A DNA stretch of 53,938 nt, counting the filler, from Sphacelaria rigidula (lineage: Eukaryota): assembly GCA_964200075.2 (NCBI GenBank). It is 5 parts of 5 records of this genome, joined end to end, with 100 filler letters (N's around TTAATTAATTAA, not from the genome) between each part and the next. Parts side by side here need not be neighbours in the genome. Positions count along the whole stretch, not along the records: positions 10,810 to 21,517 come from CAXNAA020006046.1; positions 21,618 to 32,324 come from CAXNAA020006047.1; 3 more parts are not named here. One strand, 5' to 3'. This document shows positions 10,855 to 22,477 of this stretch, piece after piece. The notes under the pieces were generated by a model. It saw only the letters and a list, made by a program, of their open reading frames with translations. It did no database searches and had not been told where the DNA came from. The position numbers and the translations under genes are program-made. Within the stretch, counting starts at the first letter, position 1; each line of letters opens with the position of its first letter.

Positions 10855-11621
10855 TCCCAAGCGGTCGAGAATGAGGAAATGACTACATCAACATGGCAAA
10901 AACCTTACTCTTCCTGTTTATCCACCAGTACACGGATTGAAACGATTATTTCCATCACCCGGGGTTCGCCTCGACGTGGGCGGCTCTAAATCGAGGAGTT
11001 TTGGTGTGTCAGCTGATCTCGTGGTCAAATGGAGCAAATTTGCCTGATGTTTAATGACTTTTGAGTCGCGGTGTCCGCTGGATAATAAATAAGGATCCTC
11101 CCGTCACATCTTTTATTATGGCCGATGTTGAGCCAGTTTTGTTTTTAATTCGAGAGCCCATGTCATTGAATTTGAGAGCGTTACGGATTTTTGCGAAAGT
11201 ACGACCCCTACTCGTGCGGTAGGCAGTACGAGTAGTAGTGTAGTACGTTGTAAAAACTACCTTATACCCTGCTGTGTACGTTGGTGGTGCTGTACCGCTG
11301 CCCTGACCATCGTTCGAGCCGTAACTCTGCAGCTTAAACTGATGCACTGTATACCAGCTATCGCATTTTGGGGAGGTGGGGGCTAGTCCCTTCAGTCTGT
11401 GTGTCAGTCTTTGTGTGTTGTGTCCTGTACATCTGCATGTACCACATACAAAGTGTCCTCGAATCCTACGGGCAAAACGGTGTAGAATCACAGACAGAAC
11501 CGACAACACCGACGTGAAATGCAGGGCTGCCTCCAGATCCACCGACAAATGATGGTATACCTCGTACTGTGTTTGTCAAGTACAGCCTGCACTTGTACGG
11601 TAGTACGAGTACGAGTATTAG

Positions 11622-12580
11622 TAGAGCTCGGAAATGGTACCAATTATAGCTGGCCATTATCATTGATTGATTGATTGATTGTCGCACTTTAACTGACCCC
11701 CCAGGGGTCCAGCCGTGGTCTCATGATAGACGTACCCAACAAAAACCTAAGTGAAACACGCTCTGAAGAAGAAAAGGAACAGGAAAAACAAAAAAAGTCG
11801 AACAGAACGACATGGCAGACTGAGTCGTAACGAAACAAGAAGTGATAAAAAGTTCACACAAGCAGAGCACATAAAGAAATGACCGACCTGAAACAAAAAC
11901 AAGAAAAGGGGAAAAAAAAAAGGAAAGTGAAGAGCAAATAAAATAAGCGACAATTAAACGATGAACGAAAAAGGCCCAAAGGATCCAGGGCAGCAGAGTA
12001 GATACAGATACACACCAGTGGGCACCGCAGAGTGACCGACTAAAAACAAAATCAACAACCGATATAAGCAGGCAGGATTCTCCGATTGGCAGCCCTCGAC
12101 GTAGCAGCCTCTCGCTTGTGACGGCGGTCTGATTCTCGTTTCTCCGCGCGTCGCCACTTGTCCTCAAACTCTTCCTTCCGCTCCCTTTTCGACTCCAGTA
12201 TGTCATTATGATGGTAATAATGGTAATGGTTTTATGAACGTTTGGGATAATGGTTTCAAATCATCATTTACCCTTACCGGCTTTGCAAGCCGTTACCGGC
12301 CCCGAACGATACATACAGCCCTTGTAAATTGGCCCAACGTCAACGTCTTTCTTAGCTCTAGTGAAGCCAAATCGCGTCAATACGTGCCTCCGGCACGGCG
12401 CCTCCAGCGGGGCCCTCCAGGGGCATCTCCGCTGGGGCCCCTTCTGCCGGGGGGAGCTTTTCGGCTCGCGGCTGCGCCGCTTGATGACCAAACCATTAAG
12501 TACCATTTAGCTGCTTAATGAGTGCGCTGCACGTAACCATTGAACTGGTTAATGGTTAGGCAAACCATTTCCGAGCTCTA
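11622..12580. mobile_element. Non-autonomous hAT-type element (17-bp TIRs, 8-bp TSD) carrying a nested insertion
   Basis: TAGAGCTCGGAAATGGT at 11622 and ACCATTTCCGAGCTCTA ending at 12580, with a perfect 8-bp TSD AGTATTAG (11614-11621 and 12581-12588). An 8-bp TSD with TAG/CAG termini is typical of hAT elements. Confidence 0.9.
11664..12203 (-). mobile_element. 5'-truncated LINE/SINE-like 3' end with (CAAT)n tail, nested in the hAT element
   Basis: The minus strand ends ...GGTCAGTTAAAGTGCGACAATCAATCAATCAATC. Flanks are a near-perfect 9-bp duplication, CATTATCAT (11655-11663) and CATTATGAT (12204-12212). The same 3' end recurs at about 33790 and 35447. Confidence 0.7.
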
Positions 12581-13882
12581 AGTATTAGTATTTTCAAAGT
12601 TCAGTATTACACTATTACTATCGCCATCATCCATCGATCAGGGGGGTTACCCCCCCTCGGATTGGGGAACCCCCCCACCCCCTGCCCCAGAATGATTTTA
12701 CGGCGACATGGGGGGCCCTGGTGCCGTGACTTCCCCATGTGGAATCCCTTGCTCAAGCCGATTTAGTAGAAGGTCGTTGTGCATGGGTGCTGTCGTAGCG
12801 CGTTTCGAGTTCCAGAATGGAAAATGACCATCTGTGTACACAGCATATATCGATCGATCGATCGTCAGTTTGTGCGCTGCAATGTGAAAACCTGGGCCGG
12901 AGTTCTTGGAGGAGATAGCTATGTAGATGATTTGTAGTTGAAGGCTGGGATGGTGGAGGTTTCATGCTTCATGGAGTTTGCTAAATTCATCGTGTGTTGT
13001 TTTTTGAGAGATGATAAATTACGTGACAGTGAGAATTTGAATGCAATAACTGTTCCGAGTTGCCAACACCAACCCGGAGGCCGTCCCATCAGGGCTGACT
13101 CTCTTTTACTAACTGTAGAGCAATCTCAGGAGGGTAGAGTTCGCAAAACCTCATGTCGTCGACTCTAGCTTTCGGACGGGTGGAGTGGATACATTAAAAG
13201 CAGTGCATGCGGGAATCGCACAGTTGTTGTCTGCAGGAGCGCCTACGCAGCGTTCGTCGGTTCGATGAGTAGGGTGCAGCACGGTCAAACATGTTTATAT
13301 CCAAGTCAAGTATCGCTCGTAACTATAGAACGTGCATACACGGGGTACACTTGTGCTCGCGGACTTATCTTGAGTTTCCATTTGCTACATACACTTGCTA
13401 GTGTGGGTGTCTTTCCCCTGTCGCTCACCTGCCTACTGGCGCAGCATGCGGGCATGCTATTTTACTCTCGAGCCCTCCGTTGATAAATGCGGGACGTTGA
13501 TGGGCGGGAGAGCGGAGAGCAACTGGAGCAGCAGCTGCGGTGGCGGTGACCGATTGTTTATCGTGAATACCTTGCAGCTCAAGAAGACTGACGGGAATTG
13601 TATGCATAGGAGCTTGCACTACCATGGTGATATCTGCCTATCTCTCCAAGCTCTCGACAGAGATTGGCTGCCGGAAGCTGTGCTTGTATCAGCGAAGTGC
13701 GGCACATCTGCTGGATGTATGACATACACATGTTTCGCACAACATGTTGCGTTTTTGTAACTGCCACATTTCTTGAATATCCCCGCAACGTCAACCGTGC
13801 ACTCCGCATTCGTACCCCCAGTTGTGCTGCAGCAACTCTCGCACAAAAGGCACAGATAGATATAAAAGGGACGTCATCGCGG

Positions 13883-16800
13883 ATGCCAAGCTTAGCGGCA
13901 TGTGAGGGTTGCACCCTGCAGGTGACTGCCGCCCCCTCTTCGCGACGCATCAGCCGCAACAGTAGTACGGTAAGATCAGGGGGGCTGTTCGAGTTGCAAC
14001 TGCGACGGAAGCTGCTACAGCAACAGCTAGGAGTTGTGGACCAACGGTGCACGCGAGTGGCGCAGGTCTTGGCGAAAAAACAACTTGCCAAACTTCCTCG
14101 CCAAAAAGAGAACGAGAGTGGTGGAGGTGCACATGTAGCGGAGCCAGGGAGAGTGGGTGTAAAAACAAATGCAGATACTGACCACAGGAGTCGGCGACGA
14201 AGACAGGCTGCTGGTGCGAGTACTTTCCATCCTCCTCACGTGGGTGGATACGACAAACGCGGCAAGCGAGTGGTTCAACGGTAGGGCCGAGGCACGCATC
14301 TTGTGGCTTTGCAGGACTCTGGCTCTGTTTTCCCCGTGGAATTCATCAGCATGCTAGAGAAAGTACAGCAAGGATCGTCTATCCTACCCTCCTCACTTCA
14401 CAACGATCTTCGATTCGAGGAATTCACCGGCTTCCCTCTCGCTCACTGTTTCCCCGTCGCTGATGCTGTTCTACACTGTGGGCAGCAGCACAGCGTTTGT
14501 CGTTGCTGCAACGCCCCAGTGTCAAGGGGTTTAACCTACGTTATGATGAGTATTGCAGCATTCATGGATTTGCCGTTCCTGCTGGGAAGCCTGCACTGAA
14601 ATACCAATATTTTTTCACTTCTCCACTTCGCCGCGTTGAACCATTGACCCAGGTCTACTGCCCCAAAGATGATCTCAAGAGAGGAACCGCAACCCCCACC
14701 GCCGGAAATGCTAACAGCAACACCATTCCGAAAGGGAGGGAACATTGATCACACCAATAAAAAACATCTTCTCCAAAATAAGCAGCGGGAGTTGGACAAG
14801 GAGGCTTCGTTGGAGCAAAGGCGACGGGGGGCTCCGAGGACGTCGGGCGTGCGGGATGAGGTCGCGGCTGCGCCATCTGTCTTTCCAGACCGATACCGAA
14901 GAGGCGAAGTTCCATGCTCGAAGCACTGCTCCGTCGGTGAGACTTAAGACAGTTTTTGCTCGGGCCGCGTGTTTTGGCACAAACAGCTCTTGGCACACGT
15001 GCGTACGTCGTCGCACCGGCAGTCATCAATACGTACAAATTTTAATCTTCCACGGCGAAAGTCGGCACAGACATAACTGGTCCACCATACACAGCGATGC
15101 ATTCATTCCGCGAAAGAGCATGATCAAACCCAACGCCTCCAGAGTAGATTTCCGAGGAATTTCCCACTCTTGCAAGCCCCATGTATCGGTCGTCCTCCGA
15201 CTACCCTTTTGCATGGGGAAGGCAATTGCTGAAACTCGTTCAAGGCAACCCATTGCTCGACGGAATCCGGCCAGAAGCTGCGCTAACTGCCTGTGTGCAT
15301 CATATTATTGTTGATAATTTGAAACCTGTTTTTGCCAGTACGGTAACTACGTTTATGCTGTCGGAAGCTTAGAACCTCTCATTTTCTCAAGTTGGTTGAT
15401 CCTTCGTGCGTCTTCGACTCGCTGATCGATTCCTACTTCCGAACCACACAGCGAACGCATTAGTATGGGTCTGTCCATTGGAGCAATTGGACTACGACTA
15501 CTATTTACCGATGTTCTTCGAGGGGATACGCTGCCTGGAAGATCCGTGCAAAGTCCTGGCAAGACAGGTACCCAAATACTAATCTGTGGTAAACATGAAA
15601 GTAAACCGTAATGCAGTTGCCGTCTGATTTCTCCAGCATTGCGGTAACGCCGTTGTCTTGCTCAAGTTGAAACCTCAAACTCATCGAACTGGGCTCATGA
15701 GTAGATACCTGTGATGAAGGACGGCTAATGTAGCAATATGCAGGAGTCAACGTTCGAATACTAGATTTACTCGATCGGATGTGTTGCTGCCTGTTGCTCT
15801 ACTTCACCGAAAGCTTCCACAACCTGTAGATCTTGATGAAGAAATTGGGTCGTTCACAGGAGACATAAATCAATCCCGTACTGAGACAATACTTATCAGC
15901 GATAAAAGCCGAATACCATACTTGGCCCAAAACCACGCTTCGTCCGTAGTGGGATGGATAAAACTAAGTTATGAATAGCTTAACGTTGCGACCATCCACC
16001 ATAACGATCGGGATTATGTGTTCGCAGAACCCCAATGACCGGCTAGCTAATTTAACGTCAAATTGATAACGGAACGATACGTTGTTTCGGAATTCGTGTC
16101 GGGTGTATATATCGTTATATATCCAAGTCTTGGGATCCAACGCCCAACGTGATGAGTAATCGTAACTGGAATAATCGCTTTCGCTTGAAAATGGTTCGCT
16201 CGAAGGTTTACTTCACTCTGTTCCTGAAAAACTAACATATCGCCAGGCCAATAGCACGCAACATAGAGCATGTCGAATCTTGCGTAACAGTGATATAATC
16301 TGGCCCGAGAGATAAAAATCTGAAGAGTCGCAATCATCAGAACATCGTACAGCCAAGTCTCATCCGTCGTTATTCTCGTTGTCTCATACACTACAGTAGC
16401 GACCGCCATCGTACACCTGGTGCTGGTCTTCATGCTGTTTTTCACTGAAATAAGGAGGCAATTTCCACAAATTCAACATATGACGATGTTGATAAACAGA
16501 TATGATGAACTAACTGTAAGATTGAGCAGTGTGCCGCGATAGCCGATTGAACAGTAGGTTACCCTGCTCTTTCCAGTCAGACCAAGTCGTCGGTGTATAA
16601 CATCTGTAACTGTCGTGTTGGGGTGTTTGTATGTTCCCAGTAGTGTTACATGTTGTGTAATGTTGCACCTCCGTACGCCAGTAGCTCTACCTTGTTCACT
16701 CTGTCAGTGGACTTGGTGACCGCTAGTTCGCTGATGCTATAGGTTACTGCTGAGCCTTCGAGACAATACAACACCAAAGCCTTTTTGTACTATCTACAGT

Positions 16801-19800
16801 AGACACTGCTGTCAACCGTATTCAAGTCCCAATTACAGGAACCACGGAGCTTTCATTCCAAGGCGGGAAGGGGCTTACAATGGTGAGTATAGATGTCGAT
16901 GTTCTTCTATTGTAATGACTACACCAATTGATATAGGAATGATAGCACCATCGTCTGAGCCGGGCCGATTGCTGAAATGTGATTGTTTGCCTTGAAACCC
17001 GGCTTCACCAAATGTATGGGCGAGTACTGTCACGCCGGATGAACTCACAATCATCTTGGGTGGTAGTACCGCAGAGTGTCTTTCGCTCATATGCCGAGCA
17101 CACCAGTAGCCGTTCCTGGAGCCCCGTCCGCAGGCCAAAAGTCACGTAGTATACGTTCGGTGCGCTCGAAAGAAAAACACGTATAATAGTGTACATTCGT
17201 CGTTCGTTATACACACATACCAATGCTACGCAAGGGAACCTGAAATAAGGCTTCGAACGGTCGCGAAAGGAGGGTAGTTCGATTAATTGCTCTTGAGTAC
17301 CGATAAGGTCTACAGAGGCTGTGATTCCCATCAATTCGCATATCTCTGCTCCTGCTGTAGCAACGATTATTGCACCGTTCATCACGTTCGTAGATAACAT
17401 CGTGTTCACAGGTTGGCTTTTTCATATGTTGTCCATGTCAATCCAGGGTGTCTGCGATCTACTGTATGCAGCCAGAGGATCACCCCAGCGGATTCTGCCG
17501 TCGCTTTCGGCAATCATTCGAGCTATCAGGGTGGCAATCTCGTGCAAAAACACCGAGTTGCTGATTTTTACCTGCACTGCACTTCGTGCTCTTGCCAGCG
17601 GAAACAAGGAGGTAGAGTACACAATGTGACGTCACGATGCAGGCGAAGGAATCGCTCAGTGTCACCTATTACAGCGCATGGGCATTGCCATCAGCTTGGC
17701 AAGGCGTTATGATCCACATTGTTGGTTGCCCACTATCTAGATGCCGTGATGTAGATGACCAGCAACAGTAGTGAACAAAAGAACCGTACACCGTTGTGTG
17801 AGAAAGGTGAGCAGTACTCTTCTCCCAGGTTTACCTTAACAGAGGTCGCTCGCCCACTCAATGTTGTTTAGAAGATAACTCTCCCTCGCGAGCAGAAGTA
17901 ACACTCGGGGGTGTGAGAGCTAGCTGTTGCCCCACGGCCGACGTCCGTAACGTTTAATTTCTGACAACACTACGGGAGTTCTTGACTTTTCTACCATCAA
18001 CAACAGCGAGACAGGTTTTGCAGGATACGGAGAGAGGTAGTGGTCAAACGACGAGGGGGGTGTAGTCCCTCGTACTGGGCCGGGCCGCCGTCGAGGAGCA
18101 AGTAAGTGAAAAGGGGGCAGTCGGAGTGAAATCTCTCTGGCAGAACCGGGCCACCGTCGAGGAGCGGGGAACAGGCGCTCAGAGTGCTTGGAAAAATGAT
18201 GGCTTTCGCTCGGAGAAAATGGAAGCTCACCAGAAACGTGTTTTGAAGTATGTGACACCCAGAACTCAGCTGAAACTGGAAAAATGGGGGAGTCTCAGAC
18301 TCGGCCCAAACAGTGTATTTTTAGTCGTAGGTCGGTGCTGGTGGATAGGCGAACAGTGTTTTTACTCACAAATTTCTATTTAGCCCGCTTCTTATGGGGG
18401 ATATGTTCTGTTCTTGTCTCTTTTTTTCTCTCTCTCCAGAGCTCCCAGCAGCAGCTGTACCGCGTTTTCTGTGCTTATGCCTATGGGCCATGGTTTATAT
18501 CCTTGCAACCCACAAACTCCCAACACATGACAATGATTCGAGTCAGTTCTCTCGCACAAGGTGCCAATACACACACTGCAGCAGCACATCAAGTCTTGCG
18601 GCACGGTGTGACCCGCGACCGTCATGCTGCTGTCGTTTGGTGACGGGGCCCAAGTCTTCACACCGCTTGTGATCCTGACGATTTTTTTCACACTATCACG
18701 TGGGGTTTTTGGTATGAAAATCGAACCGAGAAAAACCCACAACCCTGTAAATAGCAGTCTTAGTCGCAGATCAACACGGCCAAATGGGAATACAAACAAT
18801 CTCCAGGTATCCCGATGACCTTCCTGGTTTGGGGTATATTGATTGTCGCAGGTTGGACAGGCTTTGGTCAAGCACTACAGAATGTTTCTGCACGTGCTCA
18901 ATCTGTTTGTCAACAACACCAAGAGCACGGGGGACAAGATTGATTATGGTCAAAGGTACGTGGACGACCTTCAGCACATCTTGCCTATCATATTTCTTTC
19001 AGCCGAATGTCGTAGTCATATTCGGGTGGTCGTCATCTGTATAGTGTGCGTTATCTCCTCGGCAACTATCACCTATTTCCAGCAACGCGATTTCGCTGGA
19101 GGGGGGCGTTGCGAACCTGCGTTACCAAATGACCTGTGAGGTTGTGAGCGGTCGGCCGCCCTGAAAAATGGAACAAAATCGATCATAAGGATCCAAGAGA
19201 ACGTCTTGTACGAGTTTGTCCCTGAAGGTGGGCGGTAGGAGATAGCGATCGGAAGAGTATGCACAGCAAGTTTCATGAGACACGAGGCATCCAATTTCAG
19301 GAAGAATGGGCCTTTGCCTTATCGGTGTATCAATGTATGCGCTGCAGAAGGGGGTAGTTATTAACAGTACCTCTGATCCCTCAAGTGAAAATCTTTCTAC
19401 CCTTGGCCCTGCTCCGGTAAGGGAAAACTCGTGGTGATGCCGCCTGTTTGACAAGCATACATGACACTTTCTACGATAGCCCATCCCAAAAACCAGCTTC
19501 AAGTTTCACGCAAAAAATGGCCATACCGCGCCTGATCTTCGGGTTCAGGCTGCATGAAGCGCCTCGTATTGGCGACATTGATTAGAACGAACCCAAGCGT
19601 GGGAATTCCAAGCTTCTCGTCGTGCTCGGCGTTTCCCATTTCGATTTACGTGAAGATTTTGCCTCCCAAAACCATGAACTTTTTGGGGGGGGCTATCGTA
19701 GAAAGTGTCACATACACACTTTTTTCGATGTGACATACATTTTGGCTTTTTGCCGTGTCATTTTGTCGTGGGAGTACGGTAAGCGTGAGGCATCTGTGCG

Positions 19801-20278
19801 TGTGTATTCAATCAACTGCTGTGCTTTTTCTCGTTTTCACTACTATAGCGCGCGCATGATCTGTCTCACACTGTCACCGCCCGCTTCCATTTTTACTATC
19901 ATGCTTCGGAATCATTTATGAAACAGCTCACTGTAGCAGGAATTGAAACATGCGGGATATAGACAGAGTTACCCAACACGATGTGTCCAAGGCCGTTCTA
20001 CTGGTTAGGGGTTCTTGAAACCACCAGGTTCTTTTTGGGAATGAGGTCGCGCCCTGGCCTCGTGAGGGCCAAACCATGTGGTTTTGTGCAAGTACAACCG
20101 TACCCTCTCACTAAACACCAGTGATTTTGTTTTCGGACCGGTCATGCTCTTCTCGCGTCAATGTACTCGATCAGAAATGGTCAAGACATTGGTGAGGCCG
20201 TTGCATCTACTCTGGAGACGTTGGAGCGCCACGGCGGCAAACACGCCTTCGCACACATCAAACAGTGCATCCCTACAT
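13883..20278 (+). CDS. PACRG: PACRG (Parkin co-regulated / ParcG family) axonemal protein with long N-terminal extension; both ends uncertain
   Basis: Phase-compatible GT-AG exons (13883?)-14280, 14653-14936, 15452-15567, 17447-17611, 18852-18955 and 20175-20278(+). They give RYRRGEVPCSKHCSVANALVWVCPLEQLDYDYYLPMFFEGIRCLEDPCKVLARQGVCDLL..RILPSLSAIIRAIRVAI..VGQALVKHYRMFLHVLNLF..GDKIDYGQRNGQDIGEAVASTLETLERHGGKHAFAHIKQCIPT, which follows the PACRG motifs LDY..YLP.FF.G, VG.ALV.YYR, GD.IDY.Q and E.HGG..AF..IK..IPT. Confidence 0.9.
16515..16879 (+). mobile_element. Probable LTR followed by a PBS-like sequence (truncated LTR retrotransposon), within a PACRG intron
   Basis: Begins TGTAAG and ends CTTACA (6-bp inverted termini), immediately followed by A-TGGTGAG... 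No matching TSD, as expected for a 5' LTR with internal remnant. Confidence 0.5.
17660..18257. mobile_element. Solo LTR within a PACRG intron
   Basis: TGTCAC...GTGACA termini, 598 bp, flanked by CTCAG / CCCAG (4 of 5 bp TSD). Contains an internal direct repeat GGGCC.CCGTCGAGGAGC. Confidence 0.65.
19460..19712. mobile_element. MITE with TA target-site duplication (Tc1/mariner-like)
   Basis: Perfect inverted core TGACACTTTCTACGATAGCCC / GGGCTATCGTAGAAAGTGTCA, flanked by TA on both sides. The right half recurs at 43232-43331. Confidence 0.8.
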
Positions 20279-20357
20279 GTGAGTGTCTTATATACCACCA
20301 AAAGGAAGCAAGACTTGCCTGTACCCTAATGGTGCCGGTGCTCCAAACGACCACAAA

Positions 20358-21047
20358 CAGCGGATCCTGAAAAATGAGGGTAATCTCAGAAATGAGGTTC
20401 ACGTGGCATATCTTTTTCGCAGGGACGACGCGGGACAGTAACACAGAGTGAAATCATCTCTACCCCCAAAACTCTGTAACTGTGAATCATCAGTTGTGGC
20501 TAAATGCACCGAACGACTGCGGTGTACACGCGTGTCGATGTCGATATCACCAGAGAGGAAAGCAACGACAGAGAGGAAGCTCCTCGCCCGTGTCCTTTGT
20601 GTCCTCTTGCTGGGCAATTACCAATTGCTCGAGAGACTTGCATCATACATGTTACCAGCACGTGCCGAATTTCTTATGTGCCTGTAGGTGTCCCCAACGC
20701 ACATCGAGCTGCGGCGAGATTTCGTCTCTGTGGAGGTCACCAATGCGAAGATCGATTTCTCTCTGCCTCTCTTTCTGGACAGGACACGCTTCTGTGCGCT
20801 GAAAAACTGGGCAATGTTTCCGTCACCGCTACTACTGTTCTCTGTCGCACACATGCCAGCAAGGGCGCGGCCCTGCGCGGCAAAACTAGCAGATGGTCCA
20901 ATTTGAACTTGGGGAGGTGTTATTCATCGTTGACTTTACCCGACATGAGCACAAGAACCTGCCACAGGCCAGTTGGGGTGTGTGTGAGAGAGAGATCAAA
21001 AACTCGTGGAGACTTTCTTGACATGCGGAGTGAAAAAAGATACCTAT
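20358..21047 (+). repeat. Dispersed repeat family A, copy 2
   Basis: Aligns with 1431-2170. A third short fragment lies at about 21303-21356. Confidence 0.85.
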
Positions 21048-21517
21048 AACAGCCGATTTTACATTTCGGAGTTCAACACTAAAATGGGGTTGAAGTCGCA
21101 TTTCTCTGTTGCAGGGAAGATACGAAAGAGTAACACAGAGCAAAAGTATCTTCCTCCCCAACACTCCGCAGGAGGAGTTAACCATTAGACCGCGAGAGTA
21201 GGTCACCTGCTGAATCGGCATCAATATTCACTTGAAAAAAGTAGACGTGGTCCAGATGGACCACCGGCACCGCGGTCTAAGGGTTAAGCAACTCTGGCTA
21301 GGTGCACCCAGCAAATGCGGCGTACACGCGTGTCGATGACGATATCCCGCAGAGGATTTGGGTGCATTTAATTAGCAAACGCGAGTAAGTACGGTGGTAA
21401 AGCAAGGAAAGGCAGCTATGATCGGGTTTGCCTGCCGTACTGCCGACAGCGTCGCGTGAAAGCCACAAGACCCTTGCTGTCGGCGGTTGATCGCGTGGGT
21501 CTCGAATGCAACGACAT

Positions 21518-21617
21518 NNNNNNNNNNNNNNNNNNNNNNNNNNNNNNNNNNNNNNNNNNNNTTAATTAATTAANNNNNNNNNNNNNNNNNNNNNNNNNNN
21601 NNNNNNNNNNNNNNNNN
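21518..21617. other. Artificial contig linker
   Basis: N44-TTAATTAATTAA-N44. Confidence 0.98.
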
Positions 21618-21675
21618 GCGGGAATCGGGCGTTGGGGCGGCACATAGAGTAAAGGCATATAGGGGGTGCGGGAGC

Positions 21676-21966
21676 GTGCACTCATGATCTTGGATACCGT
21701 ACTTATAAGACCATCGACCCCGTATCCTTAAAAAGCCGGGACGGAGCACGCCGGGCTTTCGCCGGTTCGGGTTTGCAATCCATCACCAGGTGCGAAGCGC
21801 CACGATGTGTTGGGCGGGTCGCATGAGGGGTGAGCTGCATCCTGCCAAGATTGTTCGGCTCGAAGCGTACTATGCACTTTGCCATATGGATGACAGCCTC
21901 CAATGAGATCTTAACTCTCTGGTATCGCCTGATCCAGAGACAGCCACGGGTTCCACACTGCCTCAT
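21676..21966 (-). repeat. Poly(C)-terminated dispersed repeat family P1, copy 1
   Basis: Aligns with 22196-22477, 32870-33106 (inverted) and 39344-39460 (inverted). Cores ACGGAGCACGCCGG and GATTGTTCGGCTCGAAGCGTAC. Confidence 0.85.
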
Positions 21967-22195
21967 GAGCGTCTCACAATGTAAACATCGCATCGTATGA
22001 TCATCTCCTTTGCGCGGAATTGACATTCTCTAACCCCGCACAAAATTATCTAGCTCGACCACCACCATGGTTACCGCAAATGCAACGTAAGCGAAAAAAA
22101 ACGGTGACCTGGTTGCCTAGCTTACGCTGTGAGTGGCGTCTTTTATAGCACAGTTGGCAATCGACGCATACCCTCGAAAGGAGAGGGTAGAGGGA

Positions 22196-22477
22196 TGTAC
22201 TCATGATCTTGCATGCTGCTGTCATAGGACGATTGACCTCTCATCCCTACAAAGTCGGAACGGAGCACGCCGGGTTTTTCATGGAACAGGTTCGCAATCA
22301 CCAAGCGCGGAGCGCCTCGATGTGTTCGGTCAGTCGCATGAAGGATGAGCTGCATCATACTGAGATTGTTCGGCTCGAAGCGTACTGATTATCTTGCATA
22401 TGGATGTTAGCCTCCGAAGAGCTTCATTTTCTGGTACCGTCACTTCCAGAGACAGTCACGGCTATAACACTGCCTCA
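22196..22477 (-). repeat. Family P1, copy 2
   Basis: Diverged, colinear copy of 21676-21966, starting TGTACTCATGATC. Confidence 0.85.

Noticed and set aside
13861..13867. TATAAAA as PACRG TATA box
   Set aside because: It is only about 20 bp upstream of the candidate ATG and the true start is unknown.
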